Shown here in pieces: positions 34,914 to 41,215 of a stretch of 41,215 bases of DNA (positions within the stretch are counted from its first letter, which is position 1; each line of letters starts with the position of its first letter). A program made the translations under genes and the position numbers. The stretch lies in assembly GCA_031265645.1 (NCBI GenBank), contig JAISCJ010000144.1, positions 1 to 41,215 on the forward strand. Direction: 5' to 3'. The notes beneath the pieces were generated by a model. That model did no database searches, was not told the DNA's origin, and was given only the letters and a program-made list of their open reading frames with translations. This DNA comes from Holosporales bacterium. Its GTDB lineage: Bacteria; Pseudomonadota; Alphaproteobacteria; BNTO01.

Positions 34914-35219
34914 CTAGTCATCTTCGTCTTGTCCCTGCTCAGAAGCTTCGGCTTGCAACAGACCTTTCTTCACTTTTTTTGTGAGCTCATTCTCTATTCG
35001 CTCTCTCATTTGTTGCTCCATGGTCTTTGTCAGAGGGATGGTTACGCATCCCTTAATTCCTATAACTTTTAATGCATCTTCTTGGTGGTCAAAAGCAATG
35101 CAAACATCTCCTTTCACTAAAAATTCATACCGTTTGTAGTTTTTCAACCACTCTAATGTGAAAAAGCCAATTACCAAGGCTGTAAAGCAAAGAGCCAGTA
35201 CGGATCGAAATGTTGCCAT
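34914..35219 (-). CDS. Small hypothetical membrane-anchored protein with an acidic tail (101 aa)
   Basis: N-terminal TM helix SVLALCFTALVIGFFTL and a charged C-terminus ending EASEQGQDEDD. No Shine-Dalgarno sequence was seen. It ends 4 nt from the convergent permease stop. I recognise no family. Confidence 0.4.
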   Translation of the reverse strand: MATFRSVLALCFTALVIGFFTLEWLKNYKRYEFLVKGDVCIAFDHQEDALKVIGIKGCVTIPLTKTMEQQMRERIENELTKKVKKGLLQAEASEQGQDEDD

Positions 35220-35539
35220 AAGGACAAGAGAAAGAACAATTGTAGGTCATCAATATTATTAAGACAATAAAGGTAACTTTTGTCAAATGAGAATAGATTT
35301 CCAGTAGAGATTCATCGTAGTTATAACTAAATGATATGGGAACAATAACGGCATCAATATACACATATTCCATATGAAAAACACATAATAAAACCCATTA
35401 GTTGCAGAGAGTTTGGGCACTGAAACATACGCAATAGCAAAACGCGGGAAACACACAAATTTCTTAATGGATGGCTTTTTTTCGTCAAAAATGTTAAAAA
35501 TGCAAGAACATCCGTGATGCATTCGAACAGTTTTAGCTG

Positions 35540-38239
35540 ATGTCTGAAAAGGATTTAGATTTGTTCTCCTCAGATAGCGACGTAAAGGTCGTATCTTTAG
35601 AGGAGGAAATGAAGGGCGCGTACCTCGACTACGCCATGAGCGTTATTGTATCAAGAGCGCTCCCAGATGTGCGTGATGGGCTAAAGCCCGTGCAACGACG
35701 CATCCTGTATGTCATGGATGAAAATGGACATGACTATAATAAGCCGCGCCGCAAGTCCGCAGCCGTGGTTGGTGCCGTCCAAGGAAACTACCACCCACAT
35801 GGAAACGACGCGATATATGGCGCGATGGTTCGGATGGCCCAAGATTTCAATATGGGCATAACTTTAGTAGACGGGCAAGGAAACTTTGGATCTATGGATG
35901 GCGACCCTCCTGCAGCGTTCCGTTATACAGAGGTCCGGTTAAGCAAAATTTCACGAGCGCTGTTGGATGATATCCATTGCGAGACCGTGGACTATCGCCC
36001 GAACTACGATAACTCGCTACAAGAGCCTACCGTTCTACCCGCACAATTTCCAAACTTGCTTGTAAATGGATCAAACGGAATCGCTGTTGGAATGGCAACA
36101 TACGTACCTACGCACAACTTGGGCGAAGTAATAGATGCGTGCTGTGCTTTGATCGACGACCCGGATTTAACCGTAGACGACCTGATAAAGTACATCCCGG
36201 GGCCAGATTTCCCTACCGGGGCGACGATCATGGGACGAGGAGGAATATATCAGGCTTATAGAACAGGACGAGGCGCCGCAATCGTACGTAGCAAGTCGCA
36301 CATTGAAGAAATCCGTGGGGGCCGCGAAGCGATTGTCATTACGGAAGTTCCTTTCCAGGTTAATAAAGCCAGTATGGTGGAACGGATTGCAGAGCTTGTA
36401 AAGGAAAAGACCATAACCGACATAAGCAACCTCCGAGATGAATCGGATAAAGACGGCGTACGCGTGGTCATTGAGCTTCGGAAAGATGCCGTTGCGGACG
36501 TTGTGCTGAACCAGCTATATCGGTTTACCCCCGTGCAAACAAATATAAATTTCAATATGTTGGCATTAGTATATGGCCGGCCAGAGCAGTTGTCGCTAAA
36601 GAGCATTCTCAGCGCGTTCTTGATGTTCAGAGAAGACGTTGTCCGGCGCCGCACAAGGTTTGAATGGGGCAAGGCCAGAGAACGAGTTCACGTATTAGTT
36701 GGTTTTGCTGTTGCTTTAGCAAATTTAGATGAAGTTATATTGCTGATTCGAAATGCTCAAGATCGTGAAACGGCCAAAAATCAGCTATTGGAACGCAAGT
36801 GGAAGGCGGACGACATCGTTCCTTTGCTCGAGCTTGTTGAAGATATTGACGCACACGAACAAGATACTTATTCGCTAAGCATTGCACAAGCGGATGCCAT
36901 ATTAGACTTGCGCTTACACCGATTGACCGGACTTGAACGCCAGAAGATCCACAATGAATTGTCTGAACTTGCTGCGACGATCAAGAGACTACTCGAACTG
37001 TTACAATCTAGGGAAAAAATTCTTGATTTGATTAAATCCGACTTGCGCGAACTTAAGAATAAATACGCAACGCCTCGTAAAACGGTAATTGAAGACGCGT
37101 CAGGTGCATACGAAGATGAAGACCTAATTCAGCGCGAAGAGATGGTTGTTACGGTCAGCCTAGAAGGTTTCATAAAGCGCGTGCCACTAGATACATACCG
37201 TTCTCAGAAAAGAGGCGGGCGCGGGCGTTCGGGGATGAGCACTAAAAGCGAAGATGTTGTAAATGATGTCATAGTCGCCAACACCCATGATAATATTCTG
37301 TTTTTCTCCACATTGGGACGCGTTTACTCTCTAAAGGTATACCAGCTGCCGTTGGGAACGCCGCAAGCGAAAGGCAGAGCAATGGTGAATCTGTTCCCTG
37401 TCGGGGAAAAAGAGAAAATTTCAACAGTGTTGATTGTTCCAGAAAGCGAAAGCCATGATGAAAAGTGCTTGATTTTTGCGACATCACTTGGAAATATTCG
37501 CCGAAACAAAATCTCAGATTTTGCGCGGATCGCCAGCAATGGAAAGAAGGCGATGAATTTGGATGAGAACGAGCTATTAATTGGCGTTGTTCTTGCGTGT
37601 GAGACGGATGATGTATTTATTTGCACAACCAAAGGCATGGCAAATCGTTTCCCTGTGTCTGGCGTGCGCATCTTTGCTGGACGTGATTCGAATGGCGTTA
37701 GAGCAATTCGGCTTGATGAAGGCGACACCGTTACGAACGTGAGTATTATAAGTTCGAACAATATCTCTTCGGAAGAGCGCGAGGCGTATTATCGGCTTTC
37801 ATCTAAGCTGAAGGACGAAGGGAATCCTGATTTGGATCCGGATTTGTTCTCTGCCGGCGTAACAGCAGACGTATCAATCTCCGACGCTCGGTACCGAGAA
37901 TTAGCAAAAAACGAGCAATTTGTTCTTACGGTGACGGAGAATGGATTTGGAAAAAGAACATCAGCGTACGCATATCGGACGACCAACCGCGGAACGAAAG
38001 GCGTTGCAAACATAACGATGAACGCACGAAATGGAGACGTCGTATCGTCTTTTCCTGTACAGGAAGATGATGACGTCGTGTTGGTTACGAACCTTGGGCA
38101 ATTGATTCGTTGTCCCGTAAAAGACATTCGCATAACAAGGCGTATTGCTCAGGGCGTGATAATATTCAAGGTTGGAGATGATGAAAAGGTTGTTGCGGTC
38201 AGTCGAGTTCCTAATGATGCAAATGACTTACAGGATTAA
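35540..38239 (+). CDS. gyrA: DNA gyrase subunit A
   Basis: [27 protein letters not shown], the catalytic Tyr context [11 protein letters not shown], the GyrA-box-like [10 protein letters not shown], and C-terminal beta-pinwheel repeats. 899 aa. Confidence 0.95.
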   Translation: MSEKDLDLFSSDSDVKVVSLEEEMKGAYLDYAMSVIVSRALPDVRDGLKPVQRRILYVMDENGHDYNKPRRKSAAVVGAVQGNYHPHGNDAIYGAMVRMAQDFNMGITLVDGQGNFGSMDGDPPAAFRYTEVRLSKISRALLDDIHCETVDYRPNYDNSLQEPTVLPAQFPNLLVNGSNGIAVGMATYVPTHNLGEVIDACCALIDDPDLTVDDLIKYIPGPDFPTGATIMGRGGIYQAYRTGRGAAIVRSKSHIEEIRGGREAIVITEVPFQVNKASMVERIAELVKEKTITDISNLRDESDKDGVRVVIELRKDAVADVVLNQLYRFTPVQTNINFNMLALVYGRPEQLSLKSILSAFLMFREDVVRRRTRFEWGKARERVHVLVGFAVALANLDEVILLIRNAQDRETAKNQLLERKWKADDIVPLLELVEDIDAHEQDTYSLSIAQADAILDLRLHRLTGLERQKIHNELSELAATIKRLLELLQSREKILDLIKSDLRELKNKYATPRKTVIEDASGAYEDEDLIQREEMVVTVSLEGFIKRVPLDTYRSQKRGGRGRSGMSTKSEDVVNDVIVANTHDNILFFSTLGRVYSLKVYQLPLGTPQAKGRAMVNLFPVGEKEKISTVLIVPESESHDEKCLIFATSLGNIRRNKISDFARIASNGKKAMNLDENELLIGVVLACETDDVFICTTKGMANRFPVSGVRIFAGRDSNGVRAIRLDEGDTVTNVSIISSNNISSEEREAYYRLSSKLKDEGNPDLDPDLFSAGVTADVSISDARYRELAKNEQFVLTVTENGFGKRTSAYAYRTTNRGTKGVANITMNARNGDVVSSFPVQEDDDVVLVTNLGQLIRCPVKDIRITRRIAQGVIIFKVGDDEKVVAVSRVPNDANDLQD

Positions 38240-38318
38240 GTATTGAATGACCTTATTGCTGGGGTTGGTTTTATTAGAGTCGGTTCGCCGAGGTTAAAAC
38301 GGCTGAATTTTAAACATA

Positions 38319-39485
38319 ATGGCGGGGTGTAATATGTTTTTCGGACACAGAATATTAGAACTTGGAGCGAGTGTCGCACCTTTTTTGATTGTATTGTTAA
38401 TCATTGTGTTTGTACACGAAATGGGACACTTCCTGATCGCAAGATACAACGGTATACAAGTTTCCACCTTTTCTGTTGGATATGGGCCTGAGCTTTGCGG
38501 ATTTACGGATAAAAAAGGCACACGTTGGAGAATTAGCGCAATTCCAGTTGGTGGATACGTCATGATGCTGGGAGACGCAGATGCGACGAGTGTAAAGTCA
38601 AACATCAAGGATGTTGATGAAAGCAATAAAGACAAGACATTGCAATCCAAATCCCCGTTACAACGAATCATGGTCTCGTTCGGTGGGCCATTGTTTAACT
38701 TTTTATTCACGATGATTATAATCGCAGGAATTAGCGCCTGGAAAGGGATTCCTGATGTTAGAACTTGCGTGCAAGCTGTAAACGTCGGGTCTGTCGCCGA
38801 AAAGTGTGGCATTCAACCAGGAGACGTCATCACAGGGATTGGAGGCACAGCCGTGTCAAAAGTGTCTGAAATGCTGAAATGCTTGAAAACGTTGGCAGGA
38901 ACGGATACAAAGATTCATTTCTTGCGAGGAGCTGAGGAGCATGTTGTGCCGGCATGTCTTTACAACGTCAATGAAAATGGGAAGAAAATCGCAGTGCATC
39001 TTCTAGGAATCGCACTTTCAGGAGAAATGGTATTTGAGCGTGCATCTATTGCGAGATCGATGTCATATGCTGTCGAATATTGTTATGTTTCCGTAAAGTC
39101 AATTACAGCTGGACTAGCGAGAGCCATAATGGGGCAAAAGGACGGAGCGAAGCTAGGGAGTGTTTTTTCGATTGGAAAGGATTTAAACAAATCTTTACAG
39201 CAAGGGATAATCCCATCCTTGTCCTTCATGGCGATGATATCGTTGAGCTTGGGCTTCTTTAACATGCTTCCAATTCCTGTACTTGATGGCGGAAGCATAT
39301 TCTTAAATTCGATAGAACTGATTATTCGTCGTCCACTGTCAGCAGCTGTGATTAATGTCGTTTACACTATTGGTTTAGTGATTGTCGCATCTCTAATGCT
39401 TCTCTCACTTTGGAACGACTTTGAGAGGTTTGGATTTATCAAAAAGATATTAGATTTTGCAAAAAATCTTTGTGGAAAGCTATGA
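38319..39485 (+). CDS. rseP: RIP metalloprotease RseP (M50 site-2 protease)
   Basis: HEMGHFLIARYNG (HExxH) in the first TM region, a central PDZ-like segment (GIQPGDVITGIGG), and C-terminal FFNMLPIPVLDGG. The start is ATG 38319 or ATG 38334. Confidence 0.9.
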   Translation: MAGCNMFFGHRILELGASVAPFLIVLLIIVFVHEMGHFLIARYNGIQVSTFSVGYGPELCGFTDKKGTRWRISAIPVGGYVMMLGDADATSVKSNIKDVDESNKDKTLQSKSPLQRIMVSFGGPLFNFLFTMIIIAGISAWKGIPDVRTCVQAVNVGSVAEKCGIQPGDVITGIGGTAVSKVSEMLKCLKTLAGTDTKIHFLRGAEEHVVPACLYNVNENGKKIAVHLLGIALSGEMVFERASIARSMSYAVEYCYVSVKSITAGLARAIMGQKDGAKLGSVFSIGKDLNKSLQQGIIPSLSFMAMISLSLGFFNMLPIPVLDGGSIFLNSIELIIRRPLSAAVINVVYTIGLVIVASLMLLSLWNDFERFGFIKKILDFAKNLCGKL

Positions 39486-39489
39486 CACG

Positions 39490-40044
39490 ATGTTCATAAC
39501 CATAGACGAGCTATTTCAAATTTGGAAAATAAACCCCAAGGAGCGGCGGCTGATTGGGATAGATTGGGGAGAAAAGCACATTGGAATTGCCGTATCTGAT
39601 CGTTCAGGAATAATTGCATCCCCTTTGACAACAGTGATGTTTCGGCATAATAAAAAAGTGCGACGCGTTGTCGGCTCTTCGAGCAAAAATGTAGAACCAC
39701 AACAGAAAACAAGCAAGCAGTTGTTGATTGAAACAGTTAAGGACGTGGCAAGTATTATTAAGAGTGAACACCCGATTGCAATCAGCTTTGGCATTCCAAT
39801 AAGCATGAACGGAACGGATGGCCCGCAGGTGCTGAAAGCTTTGATTTTTGCGAATCAGCTGTTGAATGTGGTGGACACTCCTATCATCCTTGCTGACGAA
39901 CGGCTGTCTAGCGCGGCTGTAGAGAAGGTAATGATTCAAGCAGATTTGACTCGTGCAAAGCGCGCAAAATGTATAGACCAAGCATCCGCCGCATATGTGC
40001 TACAGGGAATTGTGGATCAGCTGAATTTAAAGGAGATGAACTAA
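39490..40044 (+). CDS. ruvX: Putative pre-16S rRNA nuclease / Holliday junction resolvase-like YqgF (RuvX)
   Basis: From ATG 39490: RLIGIDWGEKHIGIAVSD..IASPL, then DERLSSAAVEK and AAYVLQG. It carries an insertion of about 30 aa of basic sequence (RHNKKVRRVVGSSSKNVEPQQKTSK) relative to typical proteins of about 150 aa. Confidence 0.85.
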   Translation: MFITIDELFQIWKINPKERRLIGIDWGEKHIGIAVSDRSGIIASPLTTVMFRHNKKVRRVVGSSSKNVEPQQKTSKQLLIETVKDVASIIKSEHPIAISFGIPISMNGTDGPQVLKALIFANQLLNVVDTPIILADERLSSAAVEKVMIQADLTRAKRAKCIDQASAAYVLQGIVDQLNLKEMN

Positions 40045-40055
40045 TAGGAAATACT

Positions 40056-40170
40056 AAGCATACACTAATATCTGTCCACATTGCCCTTTGGAGATATTAA
40101 CATTTTACCAATGTATGTATCCGCCAGCTTTAAAAATTAACATAATTTAAAAGCAAATATTGACTAACTT
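40056..40170 (+). repeat. Interspersed intergenic repeat, family 1, copy D (with 5' module shared with 28561-28598)
   Basis: ...gatattaacattttaccaatgtatgtatccgccagctttaaaaattaacataatttaaaagcaaatattgac... The 28-nt block at 40124-40151 is identical to 22008-22035. Confidence 0.75.
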
Positions 40171-40216
40171 ATACCTACCCCAGACCTTAATACAACCCTA
40201 AACACATCGTACCAAC

Positions 40217-41101
40217 CTAACCCTTCAACTTATCAACATCCTCAACAGATAACCCTGTACACTGACTCACAATATCCACCTCAAGCCCCCTTGCTAGCAT
40301 TGCAATCGCAGTTTCCCGAGCTTTTTCCGCCTTACCCTTAGCCTCCCCTTCCGCCTTACCCTTAGCCTCCCCTTCAACCAAACCTTCAGCCTTAGCATTT
40401 GCCTCACGATTTATCCGATCGTTCTCCGCTCTAATATGGTTTTCATACTCTTGTCTCATCCTTTCATCCGCGCTCATCACCTTCAGCTCTTCCAGCGCCT
40501 CATTCACTTCAGGAACCTTCTCCAAAAACTCAAACGGAATCAATTCCGGCTTTTTCAAAAAATACATCCACACCAAAAACACGTCATTAACTGACGCCTC
40601 CTTTAGATCAATTTTCGGCAACTCTATAATAAAAGTACGCATCTTCTCACTAGCAACTTCAACATCATCAAACGGATTCGCCTTAAACATATACACTGCT
40701 TCATGCGTATGATATTTTCTGTTTGTTTCAGGATAATTTGTCAGCCAAATCGAAATGATGTCTGGACACGAATCATAAGTATCCCCTTCGCTAAGCTCAC
40801 TTTTAATAATACGCGACTTATGATTAAACGCTCGATTTACAAGATTTCCATCACGTTTACACTGAATTTCTATATCCACAATACTTCCATCATCAGTTCT
40901 CGCCTTAACATCAAGTGTCGTAGACTTTCCATTCTTCCATTGCTTTTTATGTTGCGGATTAAGCAGCGTAATACTTTTAATCGTTGGCTTCCCTTTCAAT
41001 ATGGAATTCAGCAAGCATATAAGCACCCTCTTGTGCTTTTCTTCACCAAACAGATTCGAAAAAACAAAATCCGAACTAGGTTTTAATAGTCCACATTCCA
41101 T
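40217..41101 (-). CDS. Rpn-family recombination-promoting nuclease / putative transposase (PD-(D/E)XK, YhgA/Transposase_31-like)
   Basis: From ATG 41101: MECGLLKPSSDFVFSNLFGEEKHKRVLICLLNSIL...TLDVKARTDDGSIVDIEIQ (the D...D/E-x-K core context). The C-terminus is a helical Lys/Glu/Ala repeat, EGEAKGKAEGEAKGKAEKARE. The longest ORF extends to 41170. Confidence 0.75.
   Translation of the reverse strand: MECGLLKPSSDFVFSNLFGEEKHKRVLICLLNSILKGKPTIKSITLLNPQHKKQWKNGKSTTLDVKARTDDGSIVDIEIQCKRDGNLVNRAFNHKSRIIKSELSEGDTYDSCPDIISIWLTNYPETNRKYHTHEAVYMFKANPFDDVEVASEKMRTFIIELPKIDLKEASVNDVFLVWMYFLKKPELIPFEFLEKVPEVNEALEELKVMSADERMRQEYENHIRAENDRINREANAKAEGLVEGEAKGKAEGEAKGKAEKARETAIAMLARGLEVDIVSQCTGLSVEDVDKLKG
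40327..40374. repeat. Perfect 24-bp tandem duplication inside the Rpn-family gene
   Basis: CCGCCTTACCCTTAGCCTCCCCTT occurs at 40327-40350 and again at 40351-40374. It encodes the duplicated KGKAEGEA unit. Confidence 0.85.
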
Positions 41102-41215
41102 ATTCGAGTCACCATTCACACCACCATCAACAACCATTATACAACGACTTTGCTGATAAAACGCAAGCATTTTGCATGTCGATCAGAACGCCATGCGTCT
41201 AATTTCGCATGGAAA

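Noticed and set aside
35125-35522. Two overlapping minus-strand ORFs (82 and 79 aa) in the AT-rich region upstream of gyrA.
   Set aside because: They have AT-rich, Phe/Ile/Tyr-biased translations, mutually overlapping frames, and no ribosome-binding sites or motifs. This is most likely the non-coding gyrA promoter region.
38294-38812. 172-aa minus-strand ORF. Similar antisense ORFs occur at 8551-9024, 10562-11035, 5645-6115, 16532-16876, 17909-18265, 18308-18784, 19876-20668, 27119-27526, 36256-36672, 37324-37761, 37789-38133, 39516-39981 and 40703-41086.
   Set aside because: All lie entirely inside long ORFs on the opposite strand that carry unambiguous family motifs (rseP, aspS, tlc, murC, murB, ddl, rlmN, rarA, gyrA, ruvX, the Rpn gene). 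They are treated as shadow ORFs.

Overview
This is a 41.2-kb chromosomal segment with about 30 protein-coding genes and one tRNA. All calls come from reading the supplied translations and the DNA by eye; no searches were run.

Backbone: the window is mostly housekeeping genes.
- Cell wall: murA, a murC-murB-ddl block, rlpA.
- DNA and RNA functions: recJ, gyrA, rarA, ruvX, rlmN, dusB, aspS, frr, dksA.
- Others: rseP, bioC-bioD, tRNA-Leu(CAA).

Likely source (inference): a host-associated or intracellular alphaproteobacterium, Rickettsiales- or Holosporales-like. This rests on the following.
- A Tlc/NTT-type ATP/ADP translocase.
- An alphaproteobacterial FYDLN-acid type protein.
- A DksA lacking the zinc-finger cysteines.
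- An Rpn/PD-(D/E)XK putative transposase.
- Fragmented operons: a dcw piece without ftsQAZ, and bioCD without bioBFA.
- At least two families of short interspersed intergenic repeats.

Accessory content: several large lineage-specific ORFs with no family I can recognise.
- 1185 aa, next to the tRNA.
- 506 aa, a metallophosphoesterase.
- 761 aa, serine-rich, lying between a GspF/PilC-like gene and a short A24 prepilin peptidase.
- About 1121 aa, with the domain order LuxR-HTH / hydrophobic helix / NB-ARC P-loop / TPR (STAND-class). It is divergently paired with a small Cys-rich ORF across an intergenic region carrying perfect palindromes.

Best candidates for an undescribed system: the STAND locus and the pilC-orphan-peptidase block. 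Neither can be proven from sequence alone.

No CRISPR array, rRNA, integrase or prophage module was seen.
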